A stretch of 64,000 bases of DNA. Source: the human T2T-CHM13v2.0 reference genome, Homo sapiens. The DNA is taken from assembly GCF_009914755.1 (NCBI RefSeq), contig NC_060930.1; one strand, given 5' to 3'. The notes beneath the pieces were generated by a model, which was not told the origin of the DNA, did not search any database, and saw nothing but the letters and a program-made list of their open reading frames with translations. Positions 16,001 through 32,225 of this stretch are shown here, one piece after another. A program made the position numbers and the translations under genes. The number at the start of each line of letters is the position of its first letter. The first letter of the stretch is position 1.

Positions 16001-16514
16001 AAAAGTGATAATGGAAACACAAAATACTAAACCCTATGGAATACAGTGAAAGCAGCACTAAGAGGAAAGTTTATAGCTATAATTGTCTGCATCAAAAAAA
16101 GAAAAACTTCAAATAAACCACCTAATGATGCATCTTAAAGAACTAGAAAAGATCAGAGAAGAAATAAATGAACTTGAAATGAAAAAAATACAAAAGATCA
16201 ACAAAATTAAAAGTTGGTTTTTTGAAAAGATAAACAAAATAGACAAATCTTTAACCAGCCTAGCTAACAAAAAAGAAGACTCAAATAAGTAAAACCAGAA
16301 ATGAAAAAGGAGACGTTACAACTATACTTCAGAAATTCCAAGTATTCTTAGAGGCTACTGTGAGAAACTACATGCCAATAAACTGGAAAATCTAGATGAA
16401 ATGGACCAACAACTAGACATATAAAGCTGTCAAGATTGAATCATGAAGAAGTCCAAAACGTGAACACACCAATAACAAGTAGAGATGGAAGCTGCAATAA
16501 AAAGTACCCCAGCA

Positions 16515-16852
<338 letters not shown>

Positions 16853-19401
16853 TTACTGCTGAATTTTTCCAAACATTTAAGGAAGAGCTAATAGCAACCC
16901 TGCCCAAACTATTCCAGAAAACAGAGGAAGGAATATTTCCAAACTCATTCTACAGGGCTATTGTTACTCTGATACCAAAACCAGAAGAAGACACATTAAA
17001 GAAAGAAAGCTACAGGCCAATATCCTTGATAAATATTGATGCAAAAATCCTCAACAAAATACTAGCAAACTGAATTCAACAACACATTGAAAAGATAATT
17101 CATCATGACCCAAGTGGGCTTTACCCCAGGGATGCAAGGATGGTTCAACATATGCAAATCAATCAACGTGATACATCATACCAACAGAATGAAACACATA
17201 AAGATTATTTCATCTGATGCTGAAAAGTATTTGATAAAATTCAACATCCTTTGCTGATAAAAAAAATCTTCAAAAAACTGGGTATGGAAGAACAATACCT
17301 TAACACAATAAAAGCCATATATGACAGACCTGCAGCTGATATCACACAGAAGGGGGAAAAATTGAAAACCGTTCCTCTAAGATCTGGAGCAGAACAAAGA
17401 TGCCCACTGTCACCACTGTTATTCAGCATAGTACTGGAAGTCCTAGTTAGAGCAGTTAGACAGTAGAAAGAAATAAATGGCATCCAATTTGGAAAGGAAG
17501 AAGTCAAATTAGCCTTATTTGTAGATGATATAATCTTATTTTTAGAAAAGCTTAAAGATTCCATCAAAAAACTATCAGAGCTGATAAAATCAGTAAAGTT
17601 GCAGGATACAGAATCAATCAACATACAAAAATCAGAAGCATTTTTATATGTCAGCTGTGAACAATCTGAATAAGAAATAAAAAAGTAATGCTATTTATAA
17701 TAGCTACATATAAAATAAAATTCCTAGGAATTAACCAAAGAAATGAAAGATCTCTACAATGAAAACTGTAAAACATTGATGGCATAAATTGAAGAGGACA
17801 CAAAAAAAATGGAAAGAGATTCCATGTTCATGGACTAGAAGAATCAATATTGTTAAAATGTCCGTTTTACCTGAAGCAATCTATCAATTCAATGCAATCA
17901 CTATCAAAATACTACTGACATTCTTCACAGAAAAAAACAATCCTAAAATTTATATGGAAACACAGAAGACCCAGAATAGCCAAAGCTACCCTGAGCAAAA
18001 GGAGTAAAACTGGAAAAATCACATTACCTGACTTCAAATTATAACACAAAGTGATAGTAACAAAAACAACATGGTACTGTCATAAAAACAGACATATAAA
18101 GCAATGAAAAGAATAGAGTACCTAGAAACAAATTCATACATTTACAGTGAAATCATTTTTTACAAAGATGCCAAGCACATACATTGGGGAGAGAACAGTC
18201 TCTTCAATAAATGATGCTGGGATAATGGAGATCCACGTGAAGAAGAACGAAACTAGACCCCTATCTCTTGCCACATACAAAAATCAAATCAAAATGGACT
18301 AAAGACTTAAATATAAGATCTCAAACTATAAAACTACTACAATAAAACATTGGGGACACTCTCCAGGACATTGGACTAGGGAAAGATTTCTTGAGCAGTA
18401 CCCCACAAGCACAGGCAACCAAGCAAAAATGGATAAATGGGAGGCATCAAGTTAAAAAGCTTCTGCACAGCAAAGAACACAGTCAACAAAGTGAAGAGAT
18501 AATCCACAGAATAGGAGAAAATATTTGTAAACTATCCATTATACAAGGGATTAATAAGCGGAACATACAAGGAGCTCAACTCAATAGGAAAATATTTAAT
18601 AATCTGAATAAAAACCGGTCAAGAAATTTGAATAGATATTTCTCAGAAGACATACACATGGCAAACAGGTACGTGAAAAGGTGTTCCCATCATTGATCAT
18701 CAGAGAAACTCAAAACTACAATGAGATATCATCTTAAGACACTTAAAATGGTTTGTATCCAAAAGACAGGCAATGCCAATGAGGTTGTACAGAAAAGGGA
18801 ACCCTCATACACCGTTTGTGGGAATGTAAATTAGTACCACCACTATGGAGAACAGTTTGGAGGTTCCTCAAAAACCAAAAATAGAACTACCATGTGATCC
18901 AGCAATCTCATTGCTAGGTATATACCCGACAGAAAGGAAATCAGTATATCAAAGAGGTATTTGCACTCCTATGTTTATTTCAGCACTTTTCACAATAGCC
19001 AAGATTTGGAAGCTACCTAGGTGTCCATCAACAGATGAATGGTAAAGAAAATGTGGTACATTACACAGTGGAGTACTATTCAGCCATAAAAAATGAGATC
19101 CTGTCATTTTTAGCAACATGGATGGAACTGGAGCTCTTTTAGTGAAATAAGCCAGGCACAAGGTGACAAACTTTACATATTCTTACTTATTTGGAAGCTA
19201 AAAAACGAACTAATGGTGACAGAGTAGAACAATGGTTACTAGAGGTTGGGAAGGGTAGTTGTTGAGGGGTGCAGTTAGTGGGAATGGTTAATGGGTACAA
19301 AAATATAGTTAGACAGAATGAATAACATCTAGTATTTGATAGCACATCAGGGTGACTGTAGTCAACAATAATTTATTGTACATTTTAAAATAACTAAGAG
19401 A

Positions 19402-19712
19402 GTCCAGGCACAGTAGCTCAGGCCTGTAATCCTAACACTTTGGGAGGTGACGCAGGAGAATCACTTGAGGCCAGGAGTTGGAGATTAGCCTGGACAACAT
19501 AGTGAGACCCTGCCTCTACAAAAAAAAAAAAAGTGTTTTTTTTTTAATTAGCTGGGCATGGTGGTGTATGCCTGTATTCTCAGCTACTCAGGAGGCTGAT
19601 GTTGGAGGATCATTTGAGCTCAGAGATTGAGGCTGCAGTGAGCCATGTTCACACCACTGCATTCCAGCCCAGATGTCAGAGTAAAAAATAAATAAAATTA
19701 TAAAATAAATAA
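19402..19712 (+). mobile_element. AluJ inside the L1 3'UTR
   Basis: AluJ-type text; degenerate TSD taaaataactaagagagt / taaaataaataaaagagt. Confidence 0.88.
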
Positions 19713-19831
19713 AAGAGTTTAATTGGATTGTCTGTAACACAACAAAATGATAAGCACTTGAGGTGATGGATACCCCATTTACCCTGATGTGATTATTATG
19801 CATTGTATACTTGTATCAAAATATCTCATGA

Positions 19832-20331
<500 letters not shown>

Positions 20332-20545
20332 GAAGAGAGAGGTAGGCAAGGGCTGGACCAGGCAAGGACTCTTCATTATGGTAAGGTGTTTGGGTTTTTT
20401 CTGGTTGCAGTGAGAAGCTGTTGGGGAGTTTTAGGTTTATTATTGTCTGCTATGCAGAGAATAGAATTTAGAGGAATAAGAGTGGACACAAGTTGACCAC
20501 TTAGGAGACACTATGCAGTAAGAATGGCCATGCCTTAGATAGGAA

Positions 20546-20723
20546 CAGTGCTTCTGAAACTTGAGTGTGTGTCACAATAACCTGCAGGGCCTGTTGAGCA
20601 CAGATTGCTGCGTTACAACCCAGAGTTTCTGATTCAAGAGGTTTGAGGTGGGACCATAGGTTTTGCATTTGGAACAAATTTCCAGATAAAGCTGATGGTC
20701 CTGGGCTGCATTTTGAGAACCAC
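20546..20723. mobile_element. MER5A DNA transposon relic
   Basis: cagtgcttctgaaactt...cagagtttctgattca...ttttgagaaccact terminal pattern. Confidence 0.8.
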
Positions 20724-23700
20724 TAGAGTGGAGTATTTCCCAGACTTTTTTTCCTTGAGCAAACTAATGAACATGTTAATTAATAGTCTTTGAGAAAAGG
20801 CCATGGTCAAATATATTTAGGGAATGCTTACATTTTATAGCCATTCAATGCATGTTATCATATTAAAGGTCATGAGATGTTTAAAAGAATCCTCTATAAC
20901 TAAGTTTAATCCCTCAGTTCCCTAATGTCATCAGTAATAACCTTGAGGACTGACTGAAATAAGGTTATTCTGATGATTAGTTAAGTCAGGACTTTGCATT
21001 GCTAATAACAAAAGTGACCAGAGCCATTATTTCTGGGAGGGGGGAAAAGACCTTTGTAGTGTTAAGATTGTCTAAGCTTGAAATTATTATGGGTCCTTAA
21101 AATTATTATGGGTCCTTAATTCTTTTCATTTCTTAGATCAGTCTTATTTCCACAATATGCATGTTAGAGTGTAACAACATTTTGGTATAGCATAGTGATT
21201 TTTTTGATTATTTTAGCCAGAGATTCCTCTACACACATATGACCGAGAGCATCACTGTATAGAACATCTAAGGGCAGAACTGCTCTAGGTAAAATGTACA
21301 GATGGGGGACTGGAGAGATCCCATTTCCCCTACATGACCACCCTTCCCCATCATTCTTGGTCACCATGAAAGGTGTTCCTGAATCCTGGAGCTTGCTCAG
21401 AATACAGCCTGGAAGGCAGTCGACTAGCTGAAGGAGCACTGAACTAAAAGTCAGAAGGACCTCCTGTGCCTGGCTGTGCCTAAGGGCAAACTGACCTCTG
21501 AGCCTGTTTCATCTGAAAATGGTTATAATTCATTTCCTTCCAGGGGTTACGGGGTGGCTTAAATGAGATAATGTACGTATATAAAAATGACACTACACGG
21601 TGAAAACTATCATCTACCTCCTAGGTTAGAGAAAATTCATAAAAATATACCTTCTTTCTCCAAAATGAGAAATAACTAAAGGCAGATGTTTTCAGACCTG
21701 CAAGGTCAATGTTTACTCCTGCACCATGTGAAGTGGCACTGCAGTGGCCTCAAGTATAGTGAGCTGGGAGCTGCACCTATGAAGACCAGAGATGTCAATC
21801 ATATCCTGAAATTACCATACCTACCTGCATATCTACCTGTCTTTCTTCCTCTCCCCGCACCCATAATTAGTGGGCAATACTGAGTATCATTTTTTTACTG
21901 GTTACTGTGCGCCTGGCCCTTGGCTGAGTGTCCTGTGAAATGCATTCTCTCATTAGCTTTTCCCATCACCCTGTGTGATTGATTGGTACTACCATACATA
22001 GCTCATAAGTGGCAAGATCAGTGAAATCCGTATCTCTTTGGCAGGTTCTTAATCTCTGTATTCTTTGGTCTCGTGTTCTTTCCCCACAACTTGTAAAAAT
22101 AAAATGTGTGGACCACAGTAATGTAGGAATGACCTTTTACCCATAAATTGTCCCAACTAACTTTTGTGTTTTAATTTAAAAAAACTTTTGGAAAATTCTA
22201 CTTCCATTTATAAATTAAATTATGTGAATTTCCCAAGCATCTTCCTAATGGGTTATCACTTTTTGACCCTGTTCAATTGTCAACACTGTCTTTTCCAAGC
22301 AGAACTATTCCTGGACATTTCTGACGATGGTGAATGAGGAACCTTGCTATCTGAGCCCTGCTGCTATGAGGCTGGTGATGGGTTTTGCAGCTGAGCACCA
22401 ATTGCAATGTACAGTGTCTGTGCTGCAAAACTCTAAAATAGGAGCTTGTAAATTCGACAGGATGTAGACCAGGAATCATCCATCACGTTAGAGTTTATTT
22501 CTATTCCCTGATTGTGTATATCATTTTACCTGATAACTTGCAGTGATTCCTTTTGTTTTCAGGGGAGGGTGAAGAAAGCTATATAAATTGTGCTTTAGGG
22601 ATTTGGTTTATCTTGGATCATTAATGTATCATGTGCTATGAAGCTATGATACTCTAAAGTTATTCCACAGTAAGGACACAGAGGAAATAGCCCAAGTCAG
22701 GGGGAAAAAGTGAAGGAACTGCAGGAAAAGTGAATGGTTGGCTGATAATGTGAAACTCAGATTCAGGGTCCCCAAACTGCTTGCTTATTTTAGACAACAT
22801 CTCATATTAACAGCAGTGCTGGCAAAATAATATGTTTATCAGAATTAATCAATTGATTGCTTGTATATTGAACAGTCTACACACATTTGTGCAGAAAAAT
22901 ACTTCTAACATAGCATTTGGCTGGATTTTAAATGATAGGCTAGTCATGAAGATAAATGCTGATGTTTGTGCATTTGGACTAAAGAAAACCAACATGGTTT
23001 AATAGAAAGTAATAGAATTAATCAAGTGTTAGAACCATGGATCTGAGGCAATCCTAATGGCAGTGCTAACAAACACCATATGCTTAGAGGGCTCTGGCTT
23101 TGGAGGGAGAATGACCCTGAGTTCAAATTCTGCCTCTCCCTCCTAGTACCCATGTGACCTTGAGTAGTTTATTTAGCATTTATGAGCCTCAGTTGTCTTG
23201 TATATAAAATAAGGAGAATAATAAAAGTAGTAATTTGATTCTGAGGGTTAAATGAGTTAATGCATTAAAACTCACCACAGAATAAACATTCAGTAAGCAT
23301 AACCTATTTATTTAGTTTCAAGGAAATCTGGAATACAGGAAACTGAATTTTTCTAAGGAAATTTGCATTTTATATTTGTATCTGTTATTTTACCTCATAA
23401 TATGAGTCAGTCAGTGTTGCAGAGAAGTAGCACTATGCCAGGGTGACTAGAGAGTGGTTTTGGTATATATTATATAAAAGGAATGATTACAGAATTTGCA
23501 AGACTCAAAAAATGCATAATGTTTTTACTGGTAGCTTATAGTAAGTTTGTGTGTGCATGTGTATGTATATAGTGTGTACATAAATATCATACATATGCAT
23601 GTGAAAATAAAGCCAAATCAAAGACAGTGACATATCTCGAACTCTTCCCTAGGGAATTGGGGAATCATTGCTACCTATTGTCTCCCCTTTCAGAGCTTCG

Positions 23701-24829
23701 TGTTGAGTATATGTTTGAGAATTTCTTTTAAAAATTAAATGGAATGACTCTGCGTGATCTCATGAATAGCCAAATATATTCCTAACTTTTATTTAAGCCC
23801 ATCTTTAGCAAGTAATTGCTGGAATTATGTTAGAAAAGGGGAAAGATCTTGAAAGGACATCACATTGATTAACTTGAAGCTAATATACCAGAGAGATAAT
23901 GGTAACTAATCTCTTAAAAACACATAGAGCAACCTTCTGTAACCTGCCCTGAAGTTTTCAGTTCCTTTGATCTCAGTTGATGATCATTTAATCTCATATC
24001 TTGAGAAGGTGGGGGATTAGAACATTAACTTACCTTAAGTATTCTTTAACCATCATCAACCCTCTCCTAGGCATTTCCTCCTATAGCCATCTCCTAACAT
24101 GTCAATCACCTTTCTCCTGGAGTCCTGAGGAGCCTCGTGAGGTGTGTGTATTTGCCACCTCTGCTCTGCCACTTTTCTCTGGGCCCTGTGCTTTCTAGCC
24201 CATCCTCCCAACATGGTATTTTTCTTTCCATCCAAGTACCATGTTACACTGTTGCCATGTACTACCACTGTAATTCCCCCCTTGAAGTACATTTATTCTG
24301 TTATTAGTTTAATACATTTGGATTCCCTTCTGACTGAAACTGTAGAAGCCTCTAGTGGTAAGTTGTGTGATGATCCCCTTCATCATACAATTTAAGCTTG
24401 ACAACATTAACTACTGTTCAACTGCAAATATGTTGCTTACACTGAACACTTGAATTGTGAACAAAATCTTTTAATTCAAAATGTGCTAGCTTTTCACCTT
24501 TACCAGCTCCCCAGCAGGTAATTGGCTACATTACTAAGAAAAAGACACCATCAGACATTTGGTCCTTGAAGTTAAGTCCACAGAATGATCTTTATGGAGG
24601 TGAAGGGTGGAAAAGGCACTCTTCCTCATAAGCAACTCTAGAGAAGTCTAGTTCCCGAGAAATTATACTAAGCCACAGTTCTACTCAGTGATCACGCTGG
24701 CTCAAGTCCAGCCGTCCTGTGGAAGCACCACAGAGGCTTAACTCTTGGAAAGCCAGAAGGTCATGCCAGCTCTGATTTTTCTTAACTATCCCAGTCTCTC
24801 ATTATAATATCTTATAGACCAGTATTTAT

Positions 24830-25160
24830 TCAAAAGTAACATGTATATGAATCACCTGATAATCTTGTTAAACTACCTGGCAAACTAGATCTGGGGAAGG
24901 GTCTACAAGTGTGCATTTCTAACAGTTTCCAGATGATGCCAATGGTGCTGGTCTGTGAACCACACTTTGAGTAGCAAGACTGTCATCTGCTGACTCTCAA
25001 TTTCGTTTGTACATTGGACTCACTGCAGAGCTTTAGCATGACTGATGCGTGGACCCACCTCAGATAATCCGATTTAGTTGGTATGGGGTGTGGCCCGAGC
25101 AACAGGCATTGTGAAAGCTCCACCGGTGTTCCCCATGCATGGTGGAGTCTGAGAACTCCT
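24830..25160. mobile_element. Two adjacent MER5-family fragments
   Basis: gaatcacctg...tgcatttctaaca...ccacactttgagtagcaag, followed by a second MER5-like block. Confidence 0.65.
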
Positions 25161-25679
25161 GTCTTATATGTCATCCTCCCAGCTTGGAGTCCTCCTTATG
25201 TACCACTATAACCCTACTTTTCCATAACGCCTCTCTATCCTTTCCTCATTATTTCTCCATCAGAAAACCCCACTGACTGCCTGTACCTCAACAGTTGAAT
25301 GTGGCCACAAATCTCAAGTGGGTGCAAGCACTCTTGGGGTCATGAACTCTTCCTATTGGAGGTTTTGAAGAGCTGAAGGGAGAGCAAGCATATCTCTCCC
25401 AATTCTGTACAAACCTCCTCAATTACTAGGGGGAAAAAAGCAAACAAATGAATTCTGTCATCTTTGCACCACCAAATCCGTGCCTCCTACATCTGTAGCC
25501 ATAGATGTCTCTTGCACCTCTCTTGCACCCTGGTTCCGTGCTCCCTCACCTACCCAAAGAATCGACTCCTGAAAGGACTTCTTTCGCTAAGCCACCAGTT
25601 TCTCACTCTCCTAGATTCTTCCCATCACCATCGTATCTGCTGTCACATTCCTGTCATTAGAAGAGCTTCTTGAGCCCAT

Positions 25680-26285
25680 TTTCCCCTCTGGTGACTGCTC
25701 TCCTTCTCTGCTCTTTCCAGCTTTGCCATAACATGACACTTGCCAAGTCTGAGGAGCCACCTTGTTGCCAAATCAAGTGTTCCTTCTTGGCTTATCTTGC
25801 TGGGGCCTCTCACATACATTCAGTGGAGCACTCTTGCATTCTTAAAATCCTTGTTTCCTTTCCCTTCCCTGGTCAGGGTCCCTCTTCTCACACACAGACT
25901 CCTCACCTCTGGGCTCTGTGTATGTTCGCTACTATTGCACCTGTTCATACCTAGCTCCCTCACCTTTGTCAGGCCTCTGTTTCTCTCTCTGCCATTACCT
26001 CCTGAAAGGGGGCTTCTCTGAATTTGCTTTAAATTAGCCCTTTCCACTCATCCTCATCACTTCTGTATCTGCTTGTCCTGGTTTTTCTTTCATAGCTCAT
26101 CACCACCTGAAATGCTTATACTCCCTTGTTTTCTTGTCTGTTTATCAGATATCTCATCCAGTAATAATATAAACCACATAAAGGTACGGGCTTTGCTTTT
26201 TTGGTTATCTGCTCTCTGCTTGGAATTTGAACGTGTCTAATACATAATTAGTCACTCAATAAATATATGATGAATAAATGAATGT
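25680..26285 (+). mobile_element. L2 LINE 3' fragment
   Basis: Ends in the L2 tail cactcaataaatatatgatgaataaatgaatg. Confidence 0.65.
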
Positions 26286-26883
26286 TCCTGAAACCATTTT
26301 CCAGTTCCTCCTAAGAACCTGTAAGCCCACTACCTATCCATCATAGACAAGTATCACAATTGTAAAATTTCTGTTCTGATTTGTGACTGAATTTCATTTT
26401 ATCTCTTATGATTTAAAGAGTATATGTATTCTAAAAAATCCAGTAACTTTTTCCACCTTGGTTCATGGAGCTGGTCTGCCTTCTTTCTTCCATGATGAAC
26501 TTGCATATCTTCTATCTTTGTGTGCACATGTCTACACATATGCTACGGGTCCCAAAAGAATAACTGTTTCAAGAGGTTGATGTCTTTAAAAAACAAAAAA
26601 AAACGTCCTTAGTTTCTTTAAAAATACATAATTGCTGCCTCTCCAGAGATATTTTTACAGTGTGTCCCTAGAGGAGGAATTCCAGCTGATGGCCCAATGC
26701 AGGGCAGAGGCCCGTAGACAGACAGTCTGGCTCCAATTTATGCTCTGTGTTCACATGGCTAATAGGCGTTAGTATTTTGATTTAGAGAACTGCTGTACTG
26801 GATCCTGCCCTGGTTATACACTGGCAACATCTGGCTTAGAACCACACATTTAAAGGCCAAGAGCTATTTATTTTCTTCATCTT

Positions 26884-26887
<4 letters not shown>

Positions 26888-26922
<35 letters not shown>

Positions 26923-26932
26923 TCTCTCTCTC
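26888..26932. repeat. (TC)n microsatellite
   Basis: Direct reading. Confidence 0.92.
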
Positions 26933-27079
26933 TATTCAGTAAAATGTCTGGGGAATAGTTTCAGTATTTTGATAGAGCAGTACACAGAATAAATTGGCAG
27001 TAGTTCAATTTGCTTCCTATTAAACTCTGTTGTAGACACTTTGAACCTTTTGGAACTGTTATAATATGTATAATATATA

Positions 27080-27525
27080 TCAGAACTTCCACAAAACCCT
27101 GTTAGTGCCTTTATTATCCCACTTTTTTCCTCTATCCAAGATTTTGCTATCACCTCATTTTAGACCCTAAACTCAACATTCACTACACTTAAATGCAAAT
27201 TAAAAAAAAGCAACTCTTGATTCATAAGGTGCCCATAATTCTACAAACATCTAATGAAAATGAGCAAACATCTCTGTATAAAACTTGGGTTCAATCCAGA
27301 AGTATGTTTCATTCTCACATGCCTGATAAAACAGTGGAATTGCAGGTGCTGGCAGCTCCCTCACAGCAGTTTGGCAAGATGGAGGGTGCCCAGCATTGCT
27401 AAGGCTACACCCACCAAATGTCCAGTCATCTTTCTGGGATTCTTGGATCTGTGAGTCCTTTAGCTGGAAAAATGCAGTGCTGTAATCTGCTCACTTAGAA
27501 TTAGCTGTCCCAGTGACTTAGTAAG
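27080..27525 (-). ncRNA. Candidate terminal exon of an antisense lncRNA (possibly TARID/EYA4-AS1)
   Basis: Minus-strand branch-like CTAAT (27551-27547), U-rich tract, acceptor ttttttccAG (27527-27526) and AATAAA (27115-27110). I recall TARID overlapping the EYA4 3' end in antisense; not verified. Confidence 0.4.
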
Positions 27526-28765
27526 CTGGAAAAAAACAAAATTAAAATTAGATATTTGAAAGTAAGCCTGCCCCAGACATTCTCTTAGAAACAAGATCAC
27601 CACCTCTTACAGGCATGGTTTTCCTTGGCTGATGGCATGACTAGCCCTGGCCCATCTGTGCCAAGACTTTGGCATGGCTGATGAAACCTCTCTCTTTCAA
27701 TAGGCCTTGCTCTCTGGAAAGCTTAGTAAAATACAGCTAGTTCACACTCCAGCAAACCACAAACCTAAACTTTCCCAGTTACAAATGATATTTTGCCAAA
27801 ATGCTTACTAAGTCCTGGCTCTCACAGAGTGTGTGATGTGGAATCTCCACAGCTTGAAAAACAAATGACCAGCCCTCCCAGTGCCGTGGGGTTGCATTCC
27901 AGTGGAGTGCTCAACTACAGTTTTTATCACACCACATGCCATGCTTGCTTGCTAGCAGATTCTTGCATTTTGCTTTTTTTAAAAAAAATTATGCTTGTTT
28001 GCATGCTTATCAGATGTACAAAATGCATTCTTCATGGATTTTCCTATCACTGTTTGGGTAGCACAGAGTTACGTACTTCAGAAGCATGGAATTGATCAAA
28101 GTAACAATCAAAAGGAACAGTATGTTTTCTCCCATCCCCATAAATCTGATCTGTAAATGCAAAGAATGTGAAGAATGAACATAAGAAATTCAATAATGGT
28201 ATTTAAAACTTAAAAAGAAAAATTGGCAAATCATAGGATAAGAGCCTAACCAACCTGGTCTCCAGAAGGAAAACCTTTTAAATCAGATATTTCTGAACTC
28301 CTATCTGAAATATATATCTTTAGGGCAGTAATCATCAGAAACATAACAGACTAGTGTGGAGCTCAGTTTTATTGTCTTGCATCAGTGAACATTCCTCAGA
28401 AGCACAGAGCGTCACTAATGGAATTATATGTTTTCATGCTATAATTACATTTGATTTTTCCTGATATTTCTGTAGACTTTGTTCATGGTTCCATGACTAG
28501 GCAGAATAGTTTCATAGAATATCCTCAGCCTAGTTAATGCCTAGTTCCCCCAACCCTGTCAAAAAGACAGAGACTAATTATAGGAATTTTTCAACCAAAA
28601 AAGACAAAATGTTTTTTTTTTAATTTACACAACCTTTAGAGATTTTATTTCAACAAAAACATGATCAACAAAATGAAGAAAAAAGAATTTTATACTTGAA
28701 GGAAACAGAGCAAGGGGCCCTTCTGAGCTCTGAAACCCCTTGAGACACAAACTGGCACTTATTAA

Positions 28766-29119
<354 letters not shown>

Positions 29120-30887
29120 TGATTTGATCTTTGGGTATATAGTCCCAAATGGTTCTGTCACTGGAAGACGGATGAATCCGGCAGCACAGTCAAGCTACCG
29201 GATGACATAATACCAGGAGGCCATCAGATATGTGAAGAGTCAGCATCCATTACTGAGAAATGAGAATCTCTGCCTATGAAATCCACATAAATCTCTAAAT
29301 GAGAAGATGCAAACAATTAGAAAATTATGTTGAAATCCAGCGTATTATTATCTTGTCTCTATCTTCACTCACATCGTCTTAGTTTAGCTCTCATACCCCA
29401 GTGACCCCTTAGCACTCAATGCCTTTTTCTTAGCATTTAATTCCTATTCTCCAGGTTTTCATGGCTATAGAACACAGGATGACATCTCAAATATGTTTAC
29501 ACTTTAGGGCTTCCCCCTCAAAACATGATGAAAGGAAATATAGGAATAAAATGGATTATCATAGTGGAGGTGTGGAATGAAGAGTGGTTTCTCCTTGCAA
29601 ATGGAATCAGTTCAGGGTGTAGATGAATACTGCTTGGCCTGACCTGGGTTGCAGGTTCTTATCATAAATTGAGTAAAGTTTGCATTACATTTCCCCAAGT
29701 TGAGATACATTTCTTGAAATGCCAACTATTAGAACGTTGAAAACACAATTTCGGCTCTCTCTTCTCAAATCCCTGCAGTCTGGCTCCTGGCCCAGCCACT
29801 CAACCCAAATCACCCTCTGAGGTCTTCCAAAATAACTTCCCAGCCAAAACCAATAGTATCCTTCTAGACTTGTCAGCTTTATTCAAAACCTTATTCTTCT
29901 CCCTGCTAACACCCATCTGGTCTCAAATTTTAAGGGTTTGTCCCTTCCAGGTTTTTTCTTTCTCTTATCTTCGGAGTTGCACCTATGAGCAGTTCTTCTT
30001 TAGACATCATTCCAACTTTGATAATTTTAAACACAATGTTTGAGCATGAATTACTTCCCTATTCCCATCCCTATCCCCAAATGCTCCTTTCTTTTTAGTC
30101 TTATATCTCTTGATGCTAGGCCTTCAGCTGCAGTTAATTATGGTAAAGTAACAACTCTGGTCTTGATTTTCGACTTCTTGCTGCTGTTTAATATCTTGGT
30201 TTCTGTAAACAAAAATTGAGTCATTTTAACTCTTTACTGACCCCATCACTTCCCAAAGCATATATTTTTTACCTGGATTACACTTAGAGAACTAATGTTC
30301 TTTTAGCTATTCTCACCCCTCCCTTCTTCAACCTTAGTCAAATGCAGGTTAGACCAAACTCTACACATGTTTGGATAGGGAGATTCCTCTTACCTTGTTG
30401 ATAAAAATGCAATTAAAAATTAAGTGATGGTCGCACCATCCTCTGCCAGCTCTTCCTGTTTCACCTCCAGATAACATTCTCTACTCAAGTCCTATAAATA
30501 CCCAGTTGACCTATTTTTCTCTATCTTTTAATTCTTATTATTTGTCATTATTCTTAAAAAGACATCCTTTCTTTTTAGTAAGTTTGCTCCATTCTTCAGC
30601 ACCCCATCCAAATACCTTTCTCCAGAATACTTTCCATAGATTATATGTAAACTGGGTCATATGAACTAGCTGATTTCCTTCCTCCTTCTCTCCTCAACAT
30701 ACAGCTTTATGTGAAAATGTATGCTGAGTCATCGTTACGTATGTCTGAATTCCCAGGTGTGTCTGTGCATTTGGTATGTCTGAACCTTCTGGAAAGTCAC
30801 CTTTTTGGAAAACTGAGAAATCTTTTGAATCTTCAGTAAAAACCCATGCAGTCTCCTCCCTCTTCCACCACAGCAATATGTGCTTAA

Positions 30888-31088
<201 letters not shown>

Positions 31089-32225
31089 TAGATGGTTTCT
31101 GTATCTGTAGATAACCTCGAGAAAACAGAAAGATAAAAATTCAGCTCAAGAGAAGCATAAAGTTCTTGTCAAGAGGAAAAATTGTATATACAAATATAAG
31201 CAGAAAGTTAATTTGTGTTCATGAATAATACATATGTAGAACAAAAATGTCTCTGAAGAGGAGATTGTTGGCTTTGCTGTCCTTACTGTCCACAGCTGTA
31301 CGTGACTCTTGGTTCTTTTAGTGTTTCAGCATTAGCTCTTCCAGATTATTAACCCGGAACCTATCTAGGTTAATCACTAAACGATATTCACAGACACTAT
31401 TCATGGTGATAGCGTGGATCAATTAATTTTGTGGATAATCTGAAACTTAACTTTAGCTAACATTATCATTCCCCGTTTCTTTCCCTTCTGGATAAAACAG
31501 TGCTAGAACTATTTAAGCACATTTGATGCATTTAAATGCATTTATTTTCTCATTTTAAAAATTATGTTTCTATTTTCAACCTCAAATGGCAAGACAGTGT
31601 CTAAATGGCAAATAAGAGGAATAGAAAATAAAAATCAACAGCAAAATGAAACGACCCAAGGAAAAATAGCCTCAGAGTAGTTGAATGTGTACTGCAATAA
31701 AGTATGCCATCTGTGTGCTAATGACCTAGGTTATTAGACATTCAGATAATAGAATTCGAAATAACTAAATAGTTCAGGTTCTTGGCAGAAGTACTTCTCA
31801 GTCAAGCATAACTATGCTGAAATAGAGATTTCTCTTTCATTTTTTTTCAGATGGCATGTTTAAATTTATTTTTTATCTCATAGTTTCATAATTAAAGTTT
31901 TTATCTATAGTCATATTATGAATTGAGAGGGAGATTACTACTACTGAACCCCTACCTTGTTCTAGATATTTTATGTTGGACTTTCCATTAATTACTTAAC
32001 AATGTATTGAAGTAAATGTGTTTATCACATTATTTATGCAAGGGAGAAACTGTATGGTCCACAACATACAAATCACATCTAAAGTTACCTGCTATCTAAA
32101 TGGCAGAACTGGAATTTGAAGCAGATTTGCCTGGCTCCAGAGCACATACTTCTGACCCATCCTTTGCTGAAAATTTTACAAGTGTGTGAGAAAGAAAAGC
32201 CAAGTTATTGAGTTACTTAAATAAC

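Noticed and set aside
29160-29215. Small CpG cluster with ETS-like CGGAT motifs
   Set aside because: Too short to support an enhancer call without conservation or chromatin data.
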